Shown: piece after piece, positions 9,286 through 19,173 of the stretch | Position numbering within the stretch: position 1 is the stretch's first letter | How the letters are laid out: every line of letters begins with the position of its first letter | From: an uncultured archaeon | GTDB lineage: Archaea; Asgardarchaeota; Hermodarchaeia; Hermodarchaeales; Hermodarchaeaceae | NCBI GenBank assembly: GCA_964347045.1 | Contig: CAYFXC010000007.1 | Span: forward strand, 10,549 to 74,548 | Direction of reading: 5' to 3' | Length of the DNA stretch: 64,000 nt | Notes under the pieces: generated by a model | Told to the model about the DNA's origin: nothing | The model's database searches: none | Seen by the model: the letters and a program-made list of their open reading frames with translations, nothing else | Translations under genes and position numbers: made by a program

Positions 9286-9894
9286 TTAGGATTTTGTTCT
9301 TTGTTTTTCGAAAATTGAGCCTTCTTCACCACATTGTACACATATCAACGGTTGGGATCGGTAGACGGCGTCACATTTTATGCAAGTAAATTGAATTGAA
9401 GCCGGTGCTTTTGTAATGGGTGGATTTTGTCGTTTATAGAGCATGAAAGGAAGCGTAATTAGTGTAGCAAAACCCAGTGTTAAACCAAGTGGAATTATAA
9501 TCTGCCACACAATGAATGACACCAAAAAACCGAGCGAAAATCCTGGTAAGAAAATGTATTTAATGGAAAAAATGAGCCATGTTCCTGCAGGGAGAAGCAT
9601 TGCTGTAGCAAGGGTCGATATGGTAATGTTAAGGTTCCGGAGAAGAAGCGCGAGAACGATAGTAACGCCGAGCCATAGTATTAGGGAAAACTGAAATGAG
9701 AAATTAAGGAGAAGATCAACCGTCGCCATTACCCAAGCTAGCTCGTACAGTTGGAGCGGGTCAACAAGAGGATTGTATGTGGTATAAACAATAGTTTGGA
9801 TAATGTTTGGCTGAGTTAGATATACTATAATGGAAAGTCCAATACCTATGATGAGCCCTAAGGGAGCAATTCGGGAACTCCTTAGGGTCGGCAT
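9286..9894 (-). CDS. Multi-pass membrane protein with C-terminal zinc ribbon
   Basis: About 4-5 hydrophobic segments; CIKC...CVQC at the C-terminus. Confidence 0.75.
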   Translation of the reverse strand: MPTLRSSRIAPLGLIIGIGLSIIVYLTQPNIIQTIVYTTYNPLVDPLQLYELAWVMATVDLLLNFSFQFSLILWLGVTIVLALLLRNLNITISTLATAMLLPAGTWLIFSIKYIFLPGFSLGFLVSFIVWQIIIPLGLTLGFATLITLPFMLYKRQNPPITKAPASIQFTCIKCDAVYRSQPLICVQCGEEGSIFEKQRTKS

Positions 9895-9932
9895 GATAGG
9901 AAGCCTTTGAGTATTGACTTATTAATATGGTT

Positions 9933-10415
9933 CTAGTGCGCTTCAAATTGCGAAGTGAGAGTTCCGCCGATAACTCCACCAACAGCCGCTATCAATCCAG
10001 CAAGTAAACCGTTGAGAACCCAATTAAGAAGCTGAGCACTATAAGGACCACCTAATAAGAAATCTAGCCCATAACAAACGAACGGAGCAATCATTGCCAT
10101 GATTAATCCTGCAGCCGCACCCTTCATCATATCCCGGACAATTAATCCGGCAATTAGACCACCAATGAGCCAAATAACAGGAGCCAGGATATATACGGTG
10201 AGAATAATGAGAAGCACATCATTGTACGCCGTGAAAAGTTGATTAAAGATTGGATCAGCGAGAAAGGTTGCAGCCGTCGAGGCTTGAACAAGACCTGGTC
10301 CGACAAGAGGTAAAATGCCTGCGGCGGTAGCATAAATGATTCCATAAGCAATGCCTAATGTGGCAAGGAAGCCAACAACTATTCCGAGTATTAAGCTTGT
10401 ATTTGATGTTGCCAT
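9933..10415 (-). CDS. Four-TM Gly/Ala-rich membrane protein (DUF5518-like)
   Basis: WLIGGLIAGLIVR..KGAAAG and AAVGGVIGG small-residue TM motifs. Confidence 0.7.
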   Translation of the reverse strand: MATSNTSLILGIVVGFLATLGIAYGIIYATAAGILPLVGPGLVQASTAATFLADPIFNQLFTAYNDVLLIILTVYILAPVIWLIGGLIAGLIVRDMMKGAAAGLIMAMIAPFVCYGLDFLLGGPYSAQLLNWVLNGLLAGLIAAVGGVIGGTLTSQFEAH

Positions 10416-10488
10416 TGAGCTAACCTCGATTCCTTGATTATGAGAGGAGAATGATGATTTAAAGTTGTTTACAGTAATTAGTTCATTG

Positions 10489-11706
10489 TTAGACCATACG
10501 AAGTTTTCTTAATTCTTGCATTAGAGAAATGAGTTTTCGGTCTTTTGTCGCCATTGCTTTCATGAAGATTTTGACTTTTTTACCTGCAGTCATTCGAACA
10601 ATTGATTCACCGGTTACAATGTTTGCGAGTTTATCGAGCGTCTCATCATCTGTTTGGAGAATTAGTTCTCGCAGTTTCAGGGATTGATTAAATTCATCGC
10701 CATAAAGTTTACGCCATTCTTTTTCATATTGTTGCAGGAGTGAGGAACTGACAGTTCCATTTTCTGCACATTGGGCAGCAACACGCCCCGCAATACTGCC
10801 ACAGACCATTGCGTAACCCATTCCACCACCGGTAATTGGGTGAATCTGTCCCGCAGCATCCCCAACTAATATGGCGCCATCAACAACATTGATTTTATTA
10901 GGACCACACACCGGTAATGCGCCAACTCGAGTTTCGATAATTTTGGCATTTCCCAGTTGCTGCTTTGCCACATCATGGTGCTTTAGGAAATAATCTAGGT
11001 ATTCTTTGGCGGTTTTTGACTCAACCCCTCCGCCAATTCCAATACCTACGTTTGCACGACCCGTGCCTTTGGGAAAAATCCAAATATATCCTCGTGGCGA
11101 GACTTCGCTCCCTAATAGAAATTCCATAAGATCTAAGACTTCGAGGTCGCAGTTCGCCATTTCATAAGCGAAACAGGAATCGATATCATCAGGTTTGTAG
11201 GCCTTTCTTAGTCCAGTTAAACGTGCAATCTGGCTATTTACTCCATCGGCGCCTATTACAACCTGAGCCTTCAATGTCTTTCGTTGTCCATCATGACGAA
11301 CGACAACACCATTTATTGTTCCATTAGAACGCGTTACATCTAGTACTCTGGCCCCAAGCAAACTTTCTGCTCCCGTTTCTGTTGCTCGAGCAAAGAGCTC
11401 TTTGTCAAAAACTCGTCGATCAATTATTAACCCGCTTGGTTCTTTAGTGGCATAATCGACGGAAATCTGCCCTGGACTATAGAGCCGAAAACCACGGACC
11501 GGTGCACGAATTGATTCTGAAGGAATATCGATTTCTGCTACCCCTGGACCTGTTTTACCAATAGCTTCTCCACATTGTACTGGGATTCCAACATTTGTTT
11601 TCCTGTCAACAATTGTGACCTTAGCACCTTCACGAAGTGCACCGATGGCAGTGGATGAGCCTGCGGGCCCAGCGCCAACCACAATCACATGATTTGCCAA
11701 TTTCAA
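10489..11706 (-). CDS. Digeranylgeranylglycerophospholipid (geranylgeranyl) reductase
   Basis: VVGAGPAGS FAD motif, PVQCGE, DRRVFDK, GADG, PRGYIWIFPKG, VGDAAG..HPITGGG. Confidence 0.92.
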   Translation of the reverse strand: MKLANHVIVVGAGPAGSSTAIGALREGAKVTIVDRKTNVGIPVQCGEAIGKTGPGVAEIDIPSESIRAPVRGFRLYSPGQISVDYATKEPSGLIIDRRVFDKELFARATETGAESLLGARVLDVTRSNGTINGVVVRHDGQRKTLKAQVVIGADGVNSQIARLTGLRKAYKPDDIDSCFAYEMANCDLEVLDLMEFLLGSEVSPRGYIWIFPKGTGRANVGIGIGGGVESKTAKEYLDYFLKHHDVAKQQLGNAKIIETRVGALPVCGPNKINVVDGAILVGDAAGQIHPITGGGMGYAMVCGSIAGRVAAQCAENGTVSSSLLQQYEKEWRKLYGDEFNQSLKLRELILQTDDETLDKLANIVTGESIVRMTAGKKVKIFMKAMATKDRKLISLMQELRKLRMV

Positions 11707-11728
11707 TTCCTCCTTAAGCGTTCATTCA

Positions 11729-11953
11729 TCATATACGACCGATTAAATTGATTGCTCCTACAGGACATACATTCACACAGATTCCGCATCCTGTGCATTT
11801 TTTCGGAATGACTATTATGTAATTTTCTGTGACTTCAATTGCATTAACAGGACAAACAGTTGCACATGCTTGGCAGACTCCACAGAGTTCGCCATCTACA
11901 TCAGCAAGTTTCTTCGTTCGTTTCTTTCTTGATGCATTCTTTGTAGGAGGCAT
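11729..11953 (-). CDS. 2x[4Fe-4S] ferredoxin, likely electron donor to GGR
   Basis: Two CxxCxxCxxxCP motifs; directly upstream of GGR. Confidence 0.92.
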   Translation of the reverse strand: MPPTKNASRKKRTKKLADVDGELCGVCQACATVCPVNAIEVTENYIIVIPKKCTGCGICVNVCPVGAINLIGRI

Positions 11954-12024
11954 GTTTTAGACGTCCACGAATATTTAGAGGGAACACGGTAAGTAAGGGT
12001 TTTTGAGGCTTTCTACTATTTGCA

Positions 12025-12936
12025 TTACTCGCCACTTGTGAAAATGAGATATGCTCCTTGTGGTGGGATTATTCCGCGTTCTGTAATAAAGGCATCAATG
12101 TACTCATGCCCAGTAACATCGAATAGCGGGTTTCGTACCGTGATGATTGGGTTAATTTGCCCTCTAGGTACGACTTGTTCTGGATTTCCTTCTTCAAGTG
12201 TTATGAGACGCCCTAAAAGAGTTTCATGAGAGAACTTGTAGCTTCCTACGGCGATGAGAACACGAACACGCGCTTCGTGACATAATTCGGCAAGCGTTGC
12301 AGTGCCTACCTTAGAGACAATGGCACCATTAGCAGCGATTGCTTCACCTCCAGCAAGTAGGAGGTCAATATCAGGAAGAAAAATGCGAGCAGCAAAATCT
12401 GTAATGAGAGTGACATGGATTCCTAAAGCAGCGACTTCATTTGCTAATAAACGACCTTCAAGGTCAGGACGACTTTCAGCAACAAAAACCTCGATTTTCT
12501 TGTCCTGCTCCACCACTTTCTTTAAAATGGTTAATACCGTTGTGCTCCGGCATAACGTTAGTATTCGATCACCGGATCGAATTCTTTTTGATCCGATTTC
12601 ACCAATTCGTTGCTTAGCTTCAGCAATTCGCATTACAAAATCATCGCAAGCGCGGGCAATAATGTCACGCATTTTCTTCAATGAAGTCTTTTCATGATAA
12701 GCTTTCTGAGCTGCATCCTCTATGTAATCAAGACAGTTATGCAACGCAGCGGAACTTTGGCGCGCTTCACGAAGACCAAATGCAGCTAATTTTACCTGGT
12801 CAAATAGGTCTTTTGCTGATTTTGCTTCGGTTTTAAGTGCTAGATTCTTGAGAGCAGATGCAGCTTCAATAGCAGTTCCGTCTGCGCTAGCAATCTCATA
12901 TGATTGAAATTTCTTAATCAGCCAGTCAACATTCAA
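12025..12936 (-). CDS. eIF-2B alpha/beta/delta family protein, divergent paralog of R15P isomerase
   Basis: ILTLCRS, ESRPDLEG, GGEAIAANG..SKVGT, RNPLFDVT..YIDAFITERG; start TTG 12936 after GGAGG. Confidence 0.85.
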   Translation of the reverse strand: MNVDWLIKKFQSYEIASADGTAIEAASALKNLALKTEAKSAKDLFDQVKLAAFGLREARQSSAALHNCLDYIEDAAQKAYHEKTSLKKMRDIIARACDDFVMRIAEAKQRIGEIGSKRIRSGDRILTLCRSTTVLTILKKVVEQDKKIEVFVAESRPDLEGRLLANEVAALGIHVTLITDFAARIFLPDIDLLLAGGEAIAANGAIVSKVGTATLAELCHEARVRVLIAVGSYKFSHETLLGRLITLEEGNPEQVVPRGQINPIITVRNPLFDVTGHEYIDAFITERGIIPPQGAYLIFTSGE

Positions 12937-12982
12937 ATCATGGCGCCTCCATGATAGCATTAATACCTTGATTGTGTATTAA

Positions 12983-13981
12983 ATGCCTCGGCGACCAGCT
13001 ATGGTGTTGATACCAGAAGAAACGCAAAAAATCGCCGAAGACATTCGGTCAATGCGAACGCACGGAGCAGGACGGATAGCACGAGCAGCTGCAAAAGGCG
13101 TGGTCATCGCAACACAAGAGTCTAAAGCAAAACGGGTTCACACTCTCCTTCGAGATGTGGCTACCGCTGCCCAATTACTATATGAGACGCGCCCTTCAGC
13201 AGTTTCGTTACCTAATGCCCTTCGTTACTTCTACACTCGATTACTCAACCAAGTTGATCAGACTAAGGGTATCCGTGAACTCAAAGAAGCTGGACACAAG
13301 ATTGGTCAAGGTTTCATTGAAATGTCAAATAATGCGGTGACAACCATTGGTCAAATAGGTTCACAATTGATTCAGGATGGTGACATCATATTCACGTATT
13401 GCAATAGTGCCACAGCCTTTAGCGTACTTAAAACAGCATCTACAATGGGTAAAGAATTTACCGTGTATGTTCCTGAAACTAGACCAAAATATCAAGGTCA
13501 TATTACCGCAACATGGCTGGATGAAGCAGGTATTCCTTGCATATTGATTACAGATAATTCCCTGCGGTTTCTCATTGCTCGAGCAGATAAGGTGTTTGTA
13601 GGTGCCGATTCGATTACAGCAAATGGAGCTGTTGTGAACAAAATAGGTACGAGTTTAGTAGCCCTAGCGGCTGATGAAGCAAGGGTTGACTTTTTTGTCG
13701 CTGCAGAAAGTTACAAGTTTAGTCCTGCTACAATGGCAGGAGAGTTGATTGAAATAGAAGAAAGGGATGAATCTGAAATAGTATCAAAAGAGAAGCTTGC
13801 AAGCTGGAAATATGTAACTGTTCGGAATCCAGCTTTCGATGTTACACCACCAGAGTATATTGATGCAATCATAACAGAACAGGGGGTTATCCCTCCACAG
13901 GGAGCAATTGCGATTCTCTATCGGGAGTTTGGGTGGTATTCTACAGAACAAGCATTACCTTGGGAGCCCTACTTAAAATAA
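12983..13981 (+). CDS. Ribose-1,5-bisphosphate isomerase (eIF-2B family)
   Basis: MRTHGAGRIA, TRPSAVSLPNA, TYCNS (catalytic Cys), ETRP, VGADSI (catalytic Asp), NKIGT, RNPAFDVTP; AMP phosphorylase is in the same window. Confidence 0.88.
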   Translation: MPRRPAMVLIPEETQKIAEDIRSMRTHGAGRIARAAAKGVVIATQESKAKRVHTLLRDVATAAQLLYETRPSAVSLPNALRYFYTRLLNQVDQTKGIRELKEAGHKIGQGFIEMSNNAVTTIGQIGSQLIQDGDIIFTYCNSATAFSVLKTASTMGKEFTVYVPETRPKYQGHITATWLDEAGIPCILITDNSLRFLIARADKVFVGADSITANGAVVNKIGTSLVALAADEARVDFFVAAESYKFSPATMAGELIEIEERDESEIVSKEKLASWKYVTVRNPAFDVTPPEYIDAIITEQGVIPPQGAIAILYREFGWYSTEQALPWEPYLK

Positions 13982-14013
13982 ACGACTAACTCTTGTCAAG
14001 GAGAGTATCTCAT

Positions 14014-14712
14014 TTACTCTTTACCGAGATCCCGGATTACTTTGCGCCATTCCTTAATTCGTGATTCTGGAATACCAGTGAGTAATGAAAGGTCTCGTGG
14101 ATTTTCTGCACTAAGGTCAGCGAGTGATTCAACACCGAGTTCTTTGAGTTGTTTGACATCCGTACGAGTAATATCATGAAGGTCTTTGAGTTCCTTAATC
14201 GCAGGTTCTTTGGCTTTTTCTTCACGAACGGTTTTTGCTTTTTCTCGCTCGTAGCGTTTTGCAGTATCAATTAATTTCTCAGCACGGTTCCGCTTTAGAT
14301 CGGTTATTCGTGAAAGGCGACGAGGTGAGATTGTAGCTAAATCATGAATGTTTTTCACACCGGCTGCCACTATAGTTTCAGCGACTTTCTTTGTAACGCC
14401 GCTTAGGTTTGTCAGGTCGGTTTCAATGGGTTCGGGCTTCGGTGTAGCTTTAGTTGGTCTTGGCTTCTCAACTTTTGCTTTTGGTTTGGGAGGTTTTTTG
14501 ACTTTTTCGAGTTTCGTAATACGTTTTACAAAGTCTTGCAGCAGTTTCACATTTTCAGGATGGTGTGTTTTTCGCCTATTGTCAATTGGTATTGCCATCC
14601 ACCGAGCATCCGCTAGACCAATACCAGCATCTTTGAGTTCTTGATGAGTGAACCCCCGACCTTTGCGAACGTCGCCGGTTTGGGGGGCACGAATTTCGGG
14701 TCGAAATGCCAA
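14014..14712 (-). CDS. rpl13e: Ribosomal protein eL13 (L13e) fused to two helix-hairpin-helix domains
   Basis: RKGRGFTHQELKDAGI..AR.MAIPIDNRRKT..ENV L13e signature; K/P linker; two LxxLxGVx..xxLxxxGVxxxxDL HhH repeats; start TTG after GGTGA. Confidence 0.85.
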   Translation of the reverse strand: MAFRPEIRAPQTGDVRKGRGFTHQELKDAGIGLADARWMAIPIDNRRKTHHPENVKLLQDFVKRITKLEKVKKPPKPKAKVEKPRPTKATPKPEPIETDLTNLSGVTKKVAETIVAAGVKNIHDLATISPRRLSRITDLKRNRAEKLIDTAKRYEREKAKTVREEKAKEPAIKELKDLHDITRTDVKQLKELGVESLADLSAENPRDLSLLTGIPESRIKEWRKVIRDLGKE

Positions 14713-14893
14713 GATTTGTTCACCATATAGCTGAGTGAAGGAGACGAGAAGAGTCCCAGCTAAAAATGTTTTGACCAATCAGCTGTCATAGGACGATTTA
14801 ATTATGTTGCTGTCGAAACCGAAAAGAGAAGAAAACTTAAATTGGTTAACATATTCGTGGGCAATTAATTACTGAGAAAGAGGTTAATCATCC

Positions 14894-15517
14894 ATGATGG
14901 GACAAAATGATAATCATCGATTGATGTCTCACACAACCACTGTAGCTGTAAAAGTAAATGGCGGCGTAGTTCTTGGTACGGAATCGCAGGCATCAATGGG
15001 TTCCCTCGTTGCAAGCGATACTGCACCAAAAATCCTACAAATAACTGATCACACGGCAATGACGATTTCAGGTTCAGTTGCAGACGCGCAGCAACTTACC
15101 AATAATATTCGCGCCATTGCACATTTAGAAGCACTAGAAACCGGGCGTGAATTGACTGTAAAAGCGATTTCTCGATTAACTTCTTCGATTCTATTCCGTA
15201 ATCGAATGTTCCCTTTAATCACCATGCTTATTGTCGGTGGAGTAGACAAAAAAGGAGGACACATCTATATGCTTGACCCGCTAGGCAGTATGTTGGAGGA
15301 GAAAAAATTTACTGCGACAGGTAGTGGATCTGTTGTAGCGTATGGTGTCCTTGAAGATGAATACAGAGATAATATGACCGTTGAAGAAGGAAAAAATCTA
15401 GTCACAAGGGCGGTCAATGCTGCTCGAAAACGTGATATTGGTTCAGGTGGCGCTATTCAAATGGCGGTAATCGACTCTGAAGGCGTTAACATCTCCCGTG
15501 AAAAAGTATCAACTTAA
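14894..15517 (+). CDS. psmB: Proteasome beta subunit
   Basis: TTTVAV, K33 (APKI), SGSVADAQ, GGVD, ATGSGS, RDIGSGG. Confidence 0.95.
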   Translation: MMGQNDNHRLMSHTTTVAVKVNGGVVLGTESQASMGSLVASDTAPKILQITDHTAMTISGSVADAQQLTNNIRAIAHLEALETGRELTVKAISRLTSSILFRNRMFPLITMLIVGGVDKKGGHIYMLDPLGSMLEEKKFTATGSGSVVAYGVLEDEYRDNMTVEEGKNLVTRAVNAARKRDIGSGGAIQMAVIDSEGVNISREKVST

Positions 15518-15538
15518 CTCCTTCTTGGATATACAAGC

Positions 15539-16498
15539 CTATAGGACACAACAGGCATTTCGCGTGTTGATAGTATAATCATTCTTCTCTAAGTATTGAA
15601 GCGTAGCTTTTGTTGGTTGAACAAGACGTGTTATCCCTGCATGAATAGCTAGTTGCTCCATTTGACGACGAATGCCACCTCGAGGGCGCATGCAACCAAG
15701 AGCAATTTCAGTTTCGGGGAAAAGAAGACGGGCGATAGCACAAACTCGGGCGACATCATGAGGTGGTGGAGATTGGCTAGCTGCCATCGGTGTTCCTTTT
15801 GTCGGCATTAAAGCAATGAAAACAAGCAGCTTGGGGTTAATTGTTGATTTGATAAGTTGAAGGGCATTGAGCTCCCCAGACAGTTCTCCATTGTGGAGCC
15901 CAATACAGATGTGAGGGGCTATTGGAAGACTGTGTTTTTCAAGTGCCTGTAGAGTCAAAGCATAATCCTTCGTTGTACGTTGCGCTAAGCCGTATATTGT
16001 TTGGATTGTTAAATCATCACCAACCACATCAACAGAAGCACAATCAATCCCAGTTTGTGCTAAGTTGTATGCTTGTGTGTCTGAAAGAAATCCAGTGTGG
16101 ACGTTTAGAAAAAGATTGGTGGACTGTTTAATTTCAGATAGAGTAGGAAGAAAAGGTGTTAGGGGAATTTCTCCATTTTCGTTACAGCCGCCGCTGATAA
16201 GACAGCCTACACCTTTCTGGTGATGTAGATTTTTGCAAAAAGTGAGAAGTTCTTGAGGATTGTTGATAGGTTTCATTTGATGAAGAAATCTGCCAGCGCA
16301 ATGTTGGCATTGTAGTTTGCAATGAGTCCCTGTAACAGAAAGTGAAGGAAAATGATCGCCAGGATTGAATAATGTTATTTTTCTTTTGAAGGCTTTTTCA
16401 GTAAGAATACGAGCTTGATAGAATAATTCCTCAAGATTATTGAAAGGCGCCACAAACCAATCATGCAAGGTATTAGCCTCATTGCCTGCGGAAATCAT
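15539..16498 (-). CDS. lipS1: Archaeal lipoyl synthase subunit LipS1 (radical SAM)
   Basis: CKLQCQHC, LISGGC, LGCMRP and C-terminal CC motifs; flanks the lipoate ligase. Confidence 0.8.
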   Translation of the reverse strand: MISAGNEANTLHDWFVAPFNNLEELFYQARILTEKAFKRKITLFNPGDHFPSLSVTGTHCKLQCQHCAGRFLHQMKPINNPQELLTFCKNLHHQKGVGCLISGGCNENGEIPLTPFLPTLSEIKQSTNLFLNVHTGFLSDTQAYNLAQTGIDCASVDVVGDDLTIQTIYGLAQRTTKDYALTLQALEKHSLPIAPHICIGLHNGELSGELNALQLIKSTINPKLLVFIALMPTKGTPMAASQSPPPHDVARVCAIARLLFPETEIALGCMRPRGGIRRQMEQLAIHAGITRLVQPTKATLQYLEKNDYTINTRNACCVL

Positions 16499-17292
16499 TT
16501 CTTAAGCCCCCGTTGAAAAGTCCAATTTGGTTTCGCATACCATGATTCAGCAATTTGTTGAGCGGATTGTAATTCAGTGTCCGTTAAGCCTTCTTCATAA
16601 AACCTAGCAGGTAATGTAGCCGATAGACCTTCAATAAGGGCTTCTTCAATTTGACCAAAAGAAGGTGCTTTTCCGAGTTCTTGATGAAGTGAGGTTAAGC
16701 TGCCTGCAGCGTTTTTAATAAAACTAGTATCAGCTTTCTGTTTATTGACTTTTAGGAAGGTGAACATTTTGTTGAGGTTTAGCGTTCGGAGGATGGTGCC
16801 ATGTTGAAGAAGAGTGTTGCCACGTCGTGATTGAGCATTCCCGGAGATTTTTCTTTTTTTCACAAATAGATTTGGACAAAAGGCTTCAGAGCCTGGCGAA
16901 AATTTTGCGCTAACCCCAAGGCGGTTTAGCCCAACGAGTAATCCGTTACAAAGATGGTGATACGTTTCAATTACATCTGAAGGGAGTTGTATCTCATCCG
17001 TTCGGCAGATGATACTATAGGTAAGTTCCCCTTCAAAATCGTGATAAACTGCACCCCCGCTCGAGAGTCGGCGCACAATATCGATATTGAATTTTCGACA
17101 AGCTTCAGCATCCACTTCATCTTCAAGGTGTTGAAATCGCCCAATAGACACAGCAGAGGGATTCCAGCGGTAAAATCTGATTGTGTTAGCAGCAGTTTCT
17201 TTATGACACGCGTCGAGTAATACATGATCAATTGCCATATTATCAAAGGCATTGAAAATACCAGTTCGTATTAGCCGCCATAATTTTGCCAT
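16495..17292 (-). CDS. Lipoate/octanoate-protein ligase (LplA/LipM family)
   Basis: NMAID, RFYRW.PSAVSIG, VRRLSSGGAVYHD, KISGNAQ, LQHGTIL. Confidence 0.92.
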   Translation of the reverse strand: MAKLWRLIRTGIFNAFDNMAIDHVLLDACHKETAANTIRFYRWNPSAVSIGRFQHLEDEVDAEACRKFNIDIVRRLSSGGAVYHDFEGELTYSIICRTDEIQLPSDVIETYHHLCNGLLVGLNRLGVSAKFSPGSEAFCPNLFVKKRKISGNAQSRRGNTLLQHGTILRTLNLNKMFTFLKVNKQKADTSFIKNAAGSLTSLHQELGKAPSFGQIEEALIEGLSATLPARFYEEGLTDTELQSAQQIAESWYAKPNWTFQRGLKK

Positions 17293-17295
17293 AAT

Positions 17296-18291
17296 CTATA
17301 GAACTCCTGCCAGTTGGGATTCGATTTCCTTTAGGGCTTCAGCCGATGGTAACATTGGGTAGTTGAAAATAGGACCTCCAGGTTGCTCTGTGAAGAAAGG
17401 GCGGTTACAAGAAGGACAGCCAGTCGTTTGAAAAGGCTTCCCTCGTGCGATGATATCCATAAGGGTTTCTTTTGATAGCCCAAGATTCATGATTTGATTA
17501 GATGAATTGAATTGCATCTGTTTAATGGTCACAAGACGATTTTGAAGTAGATAATGAGTCAGTTGGATTCTACGATAGTGGTCAATTGCAGGGCGACTAA
17601 TTTTCGCTAAAGGAGTTCCGTTCACTGGCATGAAGGGAAATAAACCAATTCTAATGCCCTTGTTGATGAGCTTTTGGAGGAGATTTATAGTTTGGCGTTC
17701 GTTTTCTCCTAAACCGATTATGAGATGAGTTGTTGTTCGCCCGGGTCCAAAGACATCTCGAGCAGATTCTAATGCTCTGAAATGCTCACTCCATGTAAAA
17801 GGTCCATTAACCCCTGTGCCCTTAATACGATTAAACAAGTTGGGGGTAATAGCGTCAAGAGAAACAGCAACCCGATCAACTCCCAATTTATAAAGATCTT
17901 GAAATTGATTAGCATGGAGTGGAGGCAATGCTATCGAGAGAGGAACTTGAGGTAAATGGTTTCTGAAAAAGGGAATAAGTTGCAATAAATCTTTGACGAG
18001 ATTTGGATAGCACAGTGTTTGGATGCAAAGGCGGTTAAATGGGAATTTTTTACAATTCTCAGCTAATGTGTCAATAATTTTGTGTACTGAGTATGCTGGC
18101 CAAGTAATACGAGAAAGTTTATTGACTTTTCCACTACTTTCGCGCGCTTGAACACAAAATGCGCAATTCGCCCCGCAACGTGATTGAGTGTAGGTCATAG
18201 TATATGCGGTTGTAGGTTTGACATCTAATTTGCATTGAACCAGCCCAAGAAGAGCCGCCGTTCCAATTGAAAGTCGTATGGATTCTGACAT
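17296..18291 (-). CDS. lipS2: Archaeal lipoyl synthase subunit LipS2 (radical SAM)
   Basis: CGANCAFC, LSRITWP, HLIIGLGE, TTGCPSCNRP motif. Confidence 0.8.
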   Translation of the reverse strand: MSESIRLSIGTAALLGLVQCKLDVKPTTAYTMTYTQSRCGANCAFCVQARESSGKVNKLSRITWPAYSVHKIIDTLAENCKKFPFNRLCIQTLCYPNLVKDLLQLIPFFRNHLPQVPLSIALPPLHANQFQDLYKLGVDRVAVSLDAITPNLFNRIKGTGVNGPFTWSEHFRALESARDVFGPGRTTTHLIIGLGENERQTINLLQKLINKGIRIGLFPFMPVNGTPLAKISRPAIDHYRRIQLTHYLLQNRLVTIKQMQFNSSNQIMNLGLSKETLMDIIARGKPFQTTGCPSCNRPFFTEQPGGPIFNYPMLPSAEALKEIESQLAGVL

Positions 18292-18606
18292 TTACCTTTC
18301 CTCACTGAGGATCTACTGATGTGAATTTGTTATGCTAAATAGCAGGACATACAAGAAAAATTAGCCTTTCGGGTTTATGGCTTTCTAACATGTTACATTA
18401 GTCAAATGAAACCGTTGTTGTTAGAACGTTACTATATGTAGTGGGGAAAGATACGCATGATTGTATGTAAGTTCGGATTCCAACAGTTGATCCAGTGGAT
18501 AGTTAATGATTCAATTATTATTTGGAATTGGGAATGGCAGATATTTCTAGCGGTTGAAGGTAAAACCTAAAATCAGAATGCACCTCACAATTGAATGGTG
18601 TTTTTC

Positions 18607-19155
18607 ATGCGAATATCTGGTTCAGAAGAAGAAACCAAAACTATCATTGACGTCGCTCGACTGATGCTAATTGCAGCCCGAACAGCACCCAAGGGTCGAG
18701 GAATCGATGATCTTGAATCAATGATTTTGACAGGGAAGGAAAAAGATGCTGTAGCTAAAGAAATGTATAGAATATCCAAGGAGCCCGATGACCATTGGAC
18801 GCGTGATGCAAAAAACGTAGAAGAATGTCCAGCCCTAGTTTTAATCGGACTCAAAGGCCCTAAGGCTTTAGGTACGAATTGTGGCGCATGTGGGTATGAC
18901 GATTGTAGCCATATGTTGAAGACCGGGCGAAAACAAGGGCACTTCTTTGCTGGACCCACTTGTATAATCAAAGCCTTGGACATGGGTATCGCTCTAGGAA
19001 GTGCGGTAAAAACAGCTCAAATTCATAACATCGATAATCGAATCTTCTTCCGGGCAGGAGCAGCCGCATATCGACTAAAGCTCATGCCTGACTCTACGAT
19101 TTTGATCGGAATTCCCATTGCGGGAACAGGAAAAAGCCCATTTTTTGACCGTTAA
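18607..19155 (+). CDS. DUF2148 ferredoxin-domain (nitroreductase-like) protein
   Basis: AARTAPKGRG.D, NCGACGYDDC, GPTC...DMGIALGSAVK, IDNRI, KSPFFDR. Confidence 0.85.
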   Translation: MRISGSEEETKTIIDVARLMLIAARTAPKGRGIDDLESMILTGKEKDAVAKEMYRISKEPDDHWTRDAKNVEECPALVLIGLKGPKALGTNCGACGYDDCSHMLKTGRKQGHFFAGPTCIIKALDMGIALGSAVKTAQIHNIDNRIFFRAGAAAYRLKLMPDSTILIGIPIAGTGKSPFFDR

Positions 19156-19173
19156 CGAGTGTTTGAATAAGAA

